From the NCBI GenBank assembly GCA_963701965.1, contig OY969695.1:3648001-3712000 (forward strand): 64,000 nucleotides of DNA, in the 5' to 3' direction. Positions 47,536 to 57,281 of the stretch are shown one piece after another. The first letter of the stretch is position 1, and every line of letters begins with the position of its first letter. The notes below the pieces were generated by a model, which worked only from the letters and a program-made list of their open reading frames with translations, had not been told where the DNA came from and searched no databases. Origin of the DNA: an uncultured Gemmatimonadales bacterium (GTDB lineage: Bacteria > Gemmatimonadota > Gemmatimonadetes > Gemmatimonadales > Gemmatimonadaceae). The translations under genes were made by a program, and so were the position numbers.

Positions 47536-48672
47536 GTGACCGTGCCGCTCCAGCCTGCTCCATCGCTCCCAATCGCGGCCGCCCCGGCTCCGCCCGTCAA
47601 GTTTCCGCTCGGCTGGCTGCTCGAACATGGAGCACCACCGCTTCAGTATCGTGCCATTGCCGACGTTGCGCGACTGCAAGGCCCCATCACTGCTGGCGTG
47701 GCACTGTTGCCATACGCTTATACGCCGGCTGTTCGGCTGGCGCTGAGTCAGCAGGCGGACGGTGCGTGGGGTAACACCATGCTCGAGCTACCGACCGGAC
47801 GGGCCGACTGGTTCGAGGGCATTGGCACCATCCTGGCCGTGCGCCGGCTCCTCGAGTACGGCTGGGATCGGGAATCGCCGCCGTTGGCGCGCGTCCGCCG
47901 GCTGCTCTTCCGTTTGCTCGCCGAGGACGAGGATCCGGCCTACTTGTACGAGTTCGCGCCGGGGGGGAACCCGATCGACGAGGACCTCGCCCGACGGGGC
48001 CGCGGGATCCTGCGCGAGGCCGCGGCCAGCGTGCTGGCGCAGGCGGGATACGAGCACGACCCGCGTCTGCGTGGCGCGGCGCGGCGCATCATCGAGCGGA
48101 TAAACGCGTATCTCAAGTCGCCGCTCGCGCTCAAGCCGTGGGTCCGTGTCGGCAACCGCCAGGTACTGGCGCCCGAGGCAACGCCGCCGTCGACGCACGC
48201 CATCATGATGCTGGCGTTCATGCCACAGTTCCGGAGCGAGTTCCACGAGCATGTGGAGCGGCTGTACCAGTTCCTGACGCAGCCGCTGCCGCGGCAAGAG
48301 TCCGCCCAACTCGTGGGCACTACCATCGTCGCGCAGCCGCATTTCGTGCTCGGCGACCTGCTGCCCCATCGCAATGCCGTCGATGCCGACGTGCCCTTCG
48401 CGTTGGTCTGGATCGAGATGCTGGCGCGCCTCGGCTTTCTGCGGCGCAATGAGAACTGGTCGCGCCTCTACGAGCGCTTTCTCGACGACCGGGATCGCCT
48501 CGGCGTCTGGCATCCCCACAAGGGCTCGGGCCCCCCGACATCGACCAACCCCATGGCCTGGCCGAGCCACCCGCTGGAATCGGCGGCGGCGGGCGAGGAA
48601 CGGTGGGCGGATATCACCTTCCGCCTCGGGCTCATCGCCCGCCTGTCGGGGCGCGCGATCGAACTGATCTGA
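47536..48672 (+). CDS. Conserved hypothetical protein, possibly alpha/alpha-toroid fold
   Basis: Long ORF with host-like codon usage; SQQADGAW resembles a prenyltransferase-type QW repeat; GTG start 5 nt after TAACGT. Confidence 0.7.
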   Translation: MTVPLQPAPSLPIAAAPAPPVKFPLGWLLEHGAPPLQYRAIADVARLQGPITAGVALLPYAYTPAVRLALSQQADGAWGNTMLELPTGRADWFEGIGTILAVRRLLEYGWDRESPPLARVRRLLFRLLAEDEDPAYLYEFAPGGNPIDEDLARRGRGILREAAASVLAQAGYEHDPRLRGAARRIIERINAYLKSPLALKPWVRVGNRQVLAPEATPPSTHAIMMLAFMPQFRSEFHEHVERLYQFLTQPLPRQESAQLVGTTIVAQPHFVLGDLLPHRNAVDADVPFALVWIEMLARLGFLRRNENWSRLYERFLDDRDRLGVWHPHKGSGPPTSTNPMAWPSHPLESAAAGEERWADITFRLGLIARLSGRAIELI

Positions 48673-48701
48673 CCCGCGCGGGACGGTTGGCGCCGGCCGC
48701 C

Positions 48702-49523
48702 ATGTTCCCCGCGGGCCTGGCGGAGTATCAGACCCATTTTCTTGATGTCGGCGGGCTCACGGTGCGCGTCGTCGAGCACGTCGCCCCTGGCCGCGCGTCC
48801 GGCCCGGCCGTGATGTGTATCCACGGCTGGGGATGCTCGGCCTTCGTCTGGCGCAAGAACCTGCCCGCGTTGCACGCGGCCGGCCTCCGCGCCCTGGCGA
48901 TGGATCTCCCGGGCCACGGACTCTCCGACAAACCACTCACGCCCGCGCGTTATACCGCAGGGGCCATGGCCGAGCGCGTGCTGGCGACGCTCGATGCATT
49001 GGGCGTCGAGCGCGCGGCGCTGGTCGCCCACTCGATGGGCGCCATCGTCGCGTCGCGCGCCGCCGCGATGGCGCCGGAGCGCATCAGCGCACTCGTGCTG
49101 CTCGCGCCGGCCGGGGTCGGCGTGGTGCCGTATGTCGCGCTCACGCGGGCGCTCACCCCGCGGGCCCTTGGCCGGATTGCCCCGCATCTCGCCTGGCGCT
49201 GGGTCATCGCCGCCGGGCTACGCCTCGCGCGGGCGGGCACGGTCGGCGAACCGCTGAGCGAGCGGGAAGTAGACGAGTATTGGGCGCCCACGCAGTTCCC
49301 GGCCGCCGTCACGATCGCCTGGAATCTGCTCCACGATTTCGACTGGACCGTGGCGCCGCGTGCCGCGAACGTGAGGACGCTCGTCATCCTCGGGAGTCGA
49401 GATCACCTCGTGCACGCGCGCGCCGAACCGACGGATCATATCATCCCCGGAGCAGGGCATAACGTGCAGGAGCAGGCTCCGGAAGTGGTGAACGCCCTGG
49501 TGTCATCATTTCTTACCCCTTAG
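48702..49523 (+). CDS. Alpha/beta hydrolase
   Basis: IHGWG, DLPGHGLSDKP, AHSMG nucleophile elbow, GAGHNVQE. Confidence 0.88.
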   Translation: MFPAGLAEYQTHFLDVGGLTVRVVEHVAPGRASGPAVMCIHGWGCSAFVWRKNLPALHAAGLRALAMDLPGHGLSDKPLTPARYTAGAMAERVLATLDALGVERAALVAHSMGAIVASRAAAMAPERISALVLLAPAGVGVVPYVALTRALTPRALGRIAPHLAWRWVIAAGLRLARAGTVGEPLSEREVDEYWAPTQFPAAVTIAWNLLHDFDWTVAPRAANVRTLVILGSRDHLVHARAEPTDHIIPGAGHNVQEQAPEVVNALVSSFLTP

Positions 49524-49588
49524 GTTTCAGAAACGGGCTTGCGGCGCGTGCCACACTGGTGCGAGCCTCCCGATCAACCGATTGTGCA

Positions 49589-50740
49589 TTGACGAAAACT
49601 GAAGTGACGTTCGACGCCCTCGGCCTCCGTGCCGAGGTGCTCGCGGCGGTGCGTGACGCTGGGTATACGCACCCCACACCGATACAACTAGAGGCCATTC
49701 CGCTCGCCCTGCGCGGGCGCGACTTGATCGGCCTCGCCCAGACGGGCACTGGCAAGACCGCTGCATTTACGCTGCCGATCATCGACCGGATCATCGACGG
49801 TCCACGGCGCACGCGGGTGCTCATCCTCACGCCGACGCGCGAGTTGGCGGCGCAGGTGGAGGAGAGCTTCACCAAGTACAGTAGAGGCAGCGGCCTCTCC
49901 GTCGTCGCGGTGTACGGCGGCGTGGCTCTCGACCCGCAGGAAAAGAAGCTGCGGCGCGGGGTCGACGTGGTCGTCGCGACGCCGGGCCGGCTGCTCGATC
50001 ACCTGGAGCGCGGCAACGTGTCGTTCGCCGATCTCGAGGTCTTGGTGCTCGACGAAGCCGACCGCATGCTCGACATGGGATTCGCGCCCCAGATCAACCG
50101 GGTCGTGTCGCAGATCCCACACTACCGGCAGACGCTCTTGTTCAGCGCGACAATGCCGCCCGAAGTCGAGGCCCTGGCGCGGAAATACCTCCGAAAACCC
50201 CAGGTCGTGCAGGTGGGACGCCGCTCGGAAGCGGCCAGCACCGTGACGCACGCGGTCTATCCGGTGCCGCGCGAAAAGAAGAGCGCCTTGTTGATCGAGC
50301 TGCTCAAGAAAGACGACATGGATTCCGTGCTCGTGTTCACGCGCACGAAGCACGGCGCCGACCGCGTCGTCCGGCATCTCGAGCGCGGCGGGATCGACGC
50401 GACCGCGATGCACGCCGACAAGTCGCAAGGGCAGCGCACGAAGGCGCTCGAGGACTTCAAGAGCGGCCGCGTGCGGGTTTTGGTGGCCACCGACATCGCG
50501 CAGCGCGGTCTCGACATCTCGGGCATCTCGCACGTCATCAACTACGACGTCCCGCAACAGCCCGAGGACTATGTGCACCGCATCGGCCGCACGGGCCGCG
50601 CGGCGCAGACGGGCAATGCGTTCACGTTCATGTCGACCGACGAGATCGCAATGGTGCGTACGATCGAGCGCATTATCGGGCAGCAAATTCAGCGTATCTC
50701 TGTCCCGGGGTACGATTTCGGCACCGTCGCGGCCGACTAG
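49589..50740 (+). CDS. DEAD-box RNA helicase (RhlE-like)
   Basis: Q motif PTPIQ, AQTGTGKT, PTRELA, DEAD, SAT, HRIGRTGR; start at 49589 or 49604. Confidence 0.95.
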   Translation: MTKTEVTFDALGLRAEVLAAVRDAGYTHPTPIQLEAIPLALRGRDLIGLAQTGTGKTAAFTLPIIDRIIDGPRRTRVLILTPTRELAAQVEESFTKYSRGSGLSVVAVYGGVALDPQEKKLRRGVDVVVATPGRLLDHLERGNVSFADLEVLVLDEADRMLDMGFAPQINRVVSQIPHYRQTLLFSATMPPEVEALARKYLRKPQVVQVGRRSEAASTVTHAVYPVPREKKSALLIELLKKDDMDSVLVFTRTKHGADRVVRHLERGGIDATAMHADKSQGQRTKALEDFKSGRVRVLVATDIAQRGLDISGISHVINYDVPQQPEDYVHRIGRTGRAAQTGNAFTFMSTDEIAMVRTIERIIGQQIQRISVPGYDFGTVAAD

Positions 50741-50744
50741 CCGG

Positions 50745-53202
50745 ATGCGCATGCGCGCCTTGCGCGGCCTTGTCGCGCTCTGCGCGCTGCTGCTGGCGGC
50801 GCCGGCCTTCGCGCAGGATTCGCTCATCACGTGGGGCCCGCTGCCCCCCGGCACGCCGCACGGAGAGCGGAAGCGCACGTTTGACCTGCAGCATCAAGTC
50901 GTCCACGTGCGGTTCGACTGGGCGCGTCACGCCGTCGTCGGCGCGACATCCCTCACGGTCGCCGGCCTGGCCGACGCCCCGACGCGCGACGTGGCGATCA
51001 ATGCCGTCGGGATGCGCATCAACGCCGTCACCGCCACCGGCGGTGCGGCGCTGCCCCACGAGTATGACGGCAAGACGCTGACGGTCAGACTGCCCAGCGC
51101 GCTCAGAGTAGGGAGACCGGTGACATTCACCGTGGCCTACGAGACGGTCAAGCCCAAGAAGGGCGCGTATTTCATCGATCGGCGCCACGTCGTGTGGACG
51201 CAGGGCGAAATGGAAGACACCCGATACTGGGTGCCGACCTACGACGAGCCGAACGACAAGGAGACCTGGGAGTTTTTCGTCCGGACAGCCCGCACCGAGA
51301 AGGCGCTCTCCAACGGGCGGCTCGCGGGCTCCCGCGACGTCGACGGCGAGACGGAATGGCACTGGGTGCAGGACACGCCGGCGTCCACGTATCTCATGAC
51401 GGCGGTCACGGGCGACTACGTCGTGGTGCAGGACAAATGGCACACCGTGCCGCTCGGCTACTGGACGTATCCGGACTCGGTCGCGGCCGCCTGGCGAGGG
51501 TTCGGGGAGACGCCGCACGCCGTGGATCTCTTCTCGACGAAGACGGGCGTCGATTATCCGTGGGCCAAGTACGATCAGATCGTGGCGCCGGACTACATCT
51601 TCGGCGGGATGGAGAACGTCACGGCCACCACGCAAAACGACGATGAGATCCTGCACCCGGCGTGGGCGGAGCCGGACGCCAACGCGGTGGATCTCATGTC
51701 CCACGAGCTGGGGCACCAGTGGTATGGCGACTTCCTGACGATGGCCTCTTGGAAGGACGCGTGGCTCAACGAAGGCTTCGCGACTTTCATGGAGGAGTAC
51801 TACCGCGAAGCAGCCCACGGCGCCGATGAGGGCACGCGCGACCGCATGGAGGCGCAGGACCAGATCGTGGCCGCGGACCGCCAAGCGCGGCGCCCGGTCG
51901 TCTACGATCGGTGGGTCAACGACCCGCTGGAGTTGTTCACGATCATCTATCCGAAGGGCGCCACCGTCCTCCAGATGCTCCGGCACCAGCTCGGCGACTC
52001 GACGTTCTGGGCGGCCATGCACCGCTACACGGTCGATCACGCGCATGGCGTCGTCACCACCGCGGATTTCGAGAAATCGGTGGAGCAGGCCACGGGGCGC
52101 GATCTGGCGACGTTCTTCCGCCAGTGGGTCTACGGGGCCGGCCTGCCGGCGTTCCGCGTGTCGGCGACGTACGACTCGGCCGCCCATCAGGTCACGTTCA
52201 CCGCCCGCCAGGTCCAGCCGCGCGACAGCCTCACGGGGTTTTTCGACGCCGACGTGGACGTGGCCGTCTACACGGACCACGGCGTGACGCGGGCCGTCGT
52301 TCCGGTGCACGGCGAGGTGTCGACCGCGGTTGTCGCCGCCAATGGTGCGCCACGGGCGCTCCGGTGGGACGTCGGGCGGTGGGTGCTTCAGGTCTATGAT
52401 TTTCCGCGGACGACGCCGATGCTGGCGTACCAGCTGGCGCACGATGATGACGTGGCGGGGCGCATCGAAGCGGTGAACCTGTTGGCGCACTCCACCGATC
52501 CCACCGCGGGCGCGGCGATCGCCGACGCGGGCACACACAATGCGTTTTGGTCCGTGCGGGCAACGGCCGCGCGCGCGCTGCACGCGTCGCGCGATTCTAC
52601 GGCCGTGCGCGCGCTGCTGTCCGCGGCGAACGATCGCGATTCCCGCGTGCGCGAAGCGGCGGCCACGGCGCTGGGTGCTGGTGGCGCCTCAACCCCCGCG
52701 GTACTGGCACGCCTCACCGCGATGGCCAGCGGCGATTCGTCGCTCTACGCGCGGGGCGAGGCGTTGTTCACCCTGGCGCGCCTCGACACGGCGGCCGCGA
52801 TGCCCCTGATCCGCGCGGCGCTGGGCGTCGATTCGTGGATGGACCTGGAACGCGTCTCGGCGCTGGGCGCGCTCGCGCTCACGCATTCGCCAGAATGCGT
52901 TCGCGCTGGCCGCGCGCTTCACGGGACCCAACGCGACGCGATTCGCGCGCTTGGCGGCGATTCAACCGCTGGTGCAATCGGCGCGTGAGACATGCCGACA
53001 GGCGGATGCGTTGGCCGCGCTCACCCCGAGCCTCGGCGATCGCGATCTCTTCGTGCGCGAAGCCGCGGCCCAGGCGCTCGGCACCCTCGGCTCCCAGGGC
53101 AGCGTGGAGCCGCTGGAATCGCGGAAACGCGTGGAAGCCGAGGGCCGCGTCCTCACCGCCATCGACGATGCCCTTGCGGCGATCCGCGCGGGGAGCCATT
53201 AG
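50745..53202 (+). CDS. M1 family aminopeptidase with C-terminal HEAT repeats; apparent 1-bp insertion near 52896
   Basis: GGMEN, HELGH (HExxH), WLNEGFA; HEAT repeats continue in the next frame to 53202 (DRDLFVREAAAQALG); first frame stops at 52988. Confidence 0.88.
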
Positions 53203-53246
53203 GATCTGCTGGGCACCGCTTGCCACCTTTGGGGTAGACCTCCCGC

Positions 53247-53810
53247 ATGGTACTGCGCCGGCTGTTGTCCTGTGTCGAGCTCGCGCTGGCCGTTGCCTTT
53301 GTGGCGGCCAGCGGCTGTGTCTTGAGCTCGGCGCTGCCGGCCACCGCGGCGGCCCAACACCCGCGCCCCACCCCTCCGCCGCCCCCGCCCAAACCGGTGC
53401 CGCGGGCCGTGCACCCAAAGGCCCTGCCCGCTCAGCCCCAGGTCAGTGCGCCGCAGAACGGTGCGCTCAAGAACGGCCTCCCGCAGGGCACCCGCGTGAT
53501 GCCGGAGGAAGGCTCGAGCGTGCCCCATCCGCCGCCCCACCCGTGGGAGTCGCGCAACACCGACATCCCCGCGGCCGAACGGCCGCCGCCGGGCCAGTGC
53601 CGCGTCTGGCTCAACAACGTGCCGGCCGGCAGCCAACCGGCCCCCACGACGTGCAGCCGGGCGATCCAGATGCGCCCGCCCAACGGGCGCGTGGTCTTCG
53701 GCGACGACACGCGCCGGCCGACGGCCACGCGCGTCCCGCCGGCCTCGGGCGGCTCGGAATCCACGCCGGTGCCGGCACCGCCTGGCGACCGGCCTCAGGG
53801 CGAGCAGTAA
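53247..53810 (+). CDS. Proline-rich secreted hypothetical protein
   Basis: Signal-peptide-like N-terminus; PPPGQCRVW...PAGSQPAPTTC two-Cys module. Confidence 0.7.
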   Translation: MVLRRLLSCVELALAVAFVAASGCVLSSALPATAAAQHPRPTPPPPPPKPVPRAVHPKALPAQPQVSAPQNGALKNGLPQGTRVMPEEGSSVPHPPPHPWESRNTDIPAAERPPPGQCRVWLNNVPAGSQPAPTTCSRAIQMRPPNGRVVFGDDTRRPTATRVPPASGGSESTPVPAPPGDRPQGEQ

Positions 53811-53813
53811 GCG

Positions 53814-56234
53814 TTACTCGCCCCGCAACGCTCTGGCTGGGTCAATCTTGGTCGCGCGTTGGGCTGGAATGATTGTGGCGGCAAGGGTCACCAGCGCCAT
53901 GAGTGCAGCCGCCCCCGCGAAAACCTGCGGATCGCTGGGGCTCGTGTCGTATAGCATGCTTTGTAGCACCTGCGTGGCGACGTAGGCACCAGCGAGCCCT
54001 AACGCGACGCCAGCGCCGACAATCACGAGCGCCGAGCGCAGATGCTCCACGAGCACGCGGCGCCGTGCTGCGCCCAACGCCATCCGAATGCCTATCTCCG
54101 TGGTGCTCTCATGAACGAGGTACGAGACGACCCCATAGAGGCCCACGGCGGCAATCACGAGGCTCATGATAGCGAACGCGCCAAACACGACTGCGTTGGT
54201 CCGAAGCGGGGAGAGCCTACGTTCGCGCACCGCGGTCATACTCGTCACACCGACGACGGGTGCCGTCGGAAGAGAGCTCCTGACGACCGAACGGACGGCA
54301 CTCACGAGACTCGCGGACGGGCCGGCGGTACGAACGAAGATGCGCAGGTGCGTCGTACCGACTTGGGCCAGAGGACGATAAAGAACCGGGTTGTAGTGCC
54401 GGATCGCGCTCAACGCGCCGTCTGGGGCCGGCTCGCCAGCAATGCCAACGATCGTCATCCAAGGCGATGGGCTCGATGGTGGCCCGAATCTGATTCGCCT
54501 GCCGATCGCATTTTCGCGCGGAAAGAGACTCCGGGCGGTGGAATCCGACAGTATCGCGACGGGTGGTGCCAGAGGGCCGTCCACAGTGGAGAACTCTCGG
54601 CCGCGAATGGGGAGCGTCGTGACAGTTCGGAAATATCCGGCTGAAATCACCTCTGCGGATGTCGGCACGGCGGAGCCGGAAAGCATCGCTCGGTCACCCT
54701 CGCGTGTCATACCTTCCGCATCCGGGTCTGAAGCGGCTCCTCGACCAGCCACTCCTTGCACGCCCGGCAATCCGGAGAGGCGCTGCAACAGCTCGAAGGC
54801 GGTAACCCGTTGGTCCGTTGCCTGATTGCCATGGCGTTTGGTCAAGTCTACCAGGCCGGTGACGAGCTGCCCTTCGGCTAAGCCGGTGTTTCTGCTTGCC
54901 GCCCTGAGGAAGGACTTTCCGAGGAGTCCTGCGCACGTCAGCAATACCAAGGTGCAGGCCATCTGAGCGCAGAGGATGTGACGGCGTGTCGTCATGGCGC
55001 TCCTCGTAAGGCCCGACGAGAGATCTGTCCGCGTCAGAACATGCGCGCCTCCGTTCGTTGCGATGATCGCGGGCCACACGCTGGCAGCCAGCGCGCTTAG
55101 CGCCGAGGCTGCCAGCGCGAATACGAGCACGCGTGCGTCGATCGTAAAGCGCGTCCAATACGGTATGTCCCGGGCAGGCAACGCATACGCCAACCGGATG
55201 CCCCAGACCGACAGCGCTACGCCAATGGCGCCGCCCGCCATCGATACACAGACTCCCTCGGCGAGCAGCTCCCTCCACACTCTTGCTCGCGGAGCGCCCA
55301 GCGCCATGCGGATCGCGATCTCGCGTCGCCGAGCGCTGAATCGGGCCACGAACAATCCGGCGAGGTTGCCGCAAGCGACGGCAAGCACGAGGATGACGGC
55401 ACCCAAGAAAAGGGGATACGACGCCGTATACTCCCGGGCGAACAAGTAGCGGAGCGAGTGTACCGTCGGACGCGCCGGCGGTCGGAGAAGAGTCGAGACC
55501 CGCGATTGCAATTGGGCCGAACTGTATCCAGCCCCGAGACGACCCACGACGCGAGCCTCGGCTGGCGGCCGGTCGTGGGCGCCGACCTCGGACGACGCCA
55601 GCGCGATGAAGAACGGGACTCCGGGAGAGATGGCCGGGTCATCCACATCGAGGATGGGCCTGCCGACCGGCAGATCACGCGCCGCAACACCAACCACGCG
55701 GTACGTGCGATTGTCTAGGGACACCGAGCTGCCGATGACCGTCGAGTCGCCGTGGAACGCGTCCTGCCAGAACGCGTGACTCAGCACCATCACCAATTGC
55801 GCCGAGGCGCGATCGTCATCTGCCGTCAATCCACGGCCAAGGGCGGGGCGAAGCCCCAACAATGAGAAGAAGTTGCCCGACACGGCGGCTCCGACGCCGT
55901 AGGTCGTCTCGAATCGCGTGCTGAGCACGCCCCAATACTCGACGCCGTAGGCAACGTCCGCGACAGGGCCCAGATGGTCGCTCCACTGCGGCAGGTCTGA
56001 CGGTGGAATGGGGATCGAGCAGCCGTTGACGCAGGCGTGGCCGGGCGTGACCTGCTGGGCCATGACCAGGAGTGACGCATCGCGATATGGAAGCGGCCGG
56101 AAATACACGGCGTTCACGATGCTGAATACCACCGTGCATGCCGCGACGCCGAGCGCGATCAGGGACGCCGCGACGACTACGAAGCTCGGGGTTCGAGTCA
56201 GCGCTCGAATGGCGTATCGAAAATCTCGTCCCAT
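53814..56234 (-). CDS. Duplicated MacB/FtsX-type ABC permease (ADOP-like orphan permease)
   Basis: DFRYAIRAL, two EIxIRMALGA motifs, two extracytoplasmic domains, IPAQRATKIDPARALR; no ATPase gene adjacent. Confidence 0.92.
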   Translation of the reverse strand: MGRDFRYAIRALTRTPSFVVVAASLIALGVAACTVVFSIVNAVYFRPLPYRDASLLVMAQQVTPGHACVNGCSIPIPPSDLPQWSDHLGPVADVAYGVEYWGVLSTRFETTYGVGAAVSGNFFSLLGLRPALGRGLTADDDRASAQLVMVLSHAFWQDAFHGDSTVIGSSVSLDNRTYRVVGVAARDLPVGRPILDVDDPAISPGVPFFIALASSEVGAHDRPPAEARVVGRLGAGYSSAQLQSRVSTLLRPPARPTVHSLRYLFAREYTASYPLFLGAVILVLAVACGNLAGLFVARFSARRREIAIRMALGAPRARVWRELLAEGVCVSMAGGAIGVALSVWGIRLAYALPARDIPYWTRFTIDARVLVFALAASALSALAASVWPAIIATNGGAHVLTRTDLSSGLTRSAMTTRRHILCAQMACTLVLLTCAGLLGKSFLRAASRNTGLAEGQLVTGLVDLTKRHGNQATDQRVTAFELLQRLSGLPGVQGVAGRGAASDPDAEGMTREGDRAMLSGSAVPTSAEVISAGYFRTVTTLPIRGREFSTVDGPLAPPVAILSDSTARSLFPRENAIGRRIRFGPPSSPSPWMTIVGIAGEPAPDGALSAIRHYNPVLYRPLAQVGTTHLRIFVRTAGPSASLVSAVRSVVRSSLPTAPVVGVTSMTAVRERRLSPLRTNAVVFGAFAIMSLVIAAVGLYGVVSYLVHESTTEIGIRMALGAARRRVLVEHLRSALVIVGAGVALGLAGAYVATQVLQSMLYDTSPSDPQVFAGAAALMALVTLAATIIPAQRATKIDPARALRGE

Positions 56235-56298
56235 CGCCGCCGTGGTGGAGCGAAGATCAGTCTACGGCACCCCAGGCAGACCATCAAGGTTCAGAGTT

Positions 56299-56952
56299 TC
56301 ACCGCTCCGCAGCCATGGTACGCACCAGGCTGTCCAACATCTTTTGACTCTCGCTGTTGTAACCGAGCATGAGCACGTTATTGACCAGAAAGGTCGGTGT
56401 GCCTCGAACGGTGAGCGCCGTCGCCGCGAGAGTATCGCGCACCACGATCCTGGCTGCCGAGTCGTCCGTCAGACACCGAACGAACGTCAATGTGTCGTTG
56501 ATCCCGGCCATACGGGCGAATCTGACCCATGGCAATTTGCCGATCGCATCGGCGTGCGCGTAGAGGACGTCGTGCATGGCTTCGAAGGCTCCTTGTCGGG
56601 CAGCACACTCCGACGCCACGGCCGCGAGGAATGAGAACTCGTGGCCAGGGTAGTGGCGATAGATGACGGCGACATCGTTTGGGTGCTGCTGCCTGATCGC
56701 ACTCAGGCCGGCCACGGCGCGCCGGCAAAACGGGCACTGATAGTCGGCGAATTCTACGATGGTGACCGGTGCCCTTTGCGGACCGACGCGATTCCCGGCC
56801 GTGCCATATTGCTTCCAGTCTCGCACCAAGCGCGGAGCCAGAGGGTCCGCCGGTGCGTGATGGAAGCGTAGGCCCGTGATGACCAGCGCGGACAACACCA
56901 GGAGGCCAATGGCGCCATCTACGATCCACCGCAGCACGGCCCGAGCGGGCAT
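56299..56952 (-). CDS. DsbA/thioredoxin-fold disulfide oxidoreductase with N-terminal membrane anchor
   Basis: APVTIVEFADYQCPFC, YRHYP, VRGTPTFLVN; ATG overlaps the upstream peptide stop (TGATG). Confidence 0.9.
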   Translation of the reverse strand: MPARAVLRWIVDGAIGLLVLSALVITGLRFHHAPADPLAPRLVRDWKQYGTAGNRVGPQRAPVTIVEFADYQCPFCRRAVAGLSAIRQQHPNDVAVIYRHYPGHEFSFLAAVASECAARQGAFEAMHDVLYAHADAIGKLPWVRFARMAGINDTLTFVRCLTDDSAARIVVRDTLAATALTVRGTPTFLVNNVLMLGYNSESQKMLDSLVRTMAAER

Positions 56953-57143
56953 CAGCCGCACATGTTCTCGGGGTGGAAGCAGACAACGCACCCGTCCGCG
57001 CCACAATTGGACGAGTTTGAGCAGGGAATCGGGCAGAGCTTTCGTGCGTGAGAGGGGGCTTGTTGTTGGGCGGCCACGGGACGCGAACGGCCGGCAGCAA
57101 TGAGGGCAACCGAGGCGAGAATCAGGAGAAACCTGCGCGTCAT
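56952..57143 (-). CDS. Secreted six-cysteine peptide (knottin-like), 63 aa
   Basis: MTRRFLLILASVALIAAGRSRPVAA|QQQAPSHARKLCPIPCSNSSNCGADGCVVCFHPENMCG; GGAG Shine-Dalgarno; stop/start overlap with the DsbA-like gene. Confidence 0.8.
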   Translation of the reverse strand: MTRRFLLILASVALIAAGRSRPVAAQQQAPSHARKLCPIPCSNSSNCGADGCVVCFHPENMCG

Positions 57144-57281
57144 ACCTACTCCGGGTCGGGGTACCTGACGCTAGCCCATGGTTGTGGCAGCTCCGAGTTC
57201 GTCTCCAAGCGAGAATATGAAGCGTGGACGGCACAGATCTGCCGCATTCACGTACTTTTCGTCGATGGTCCGCCAAGCCCA

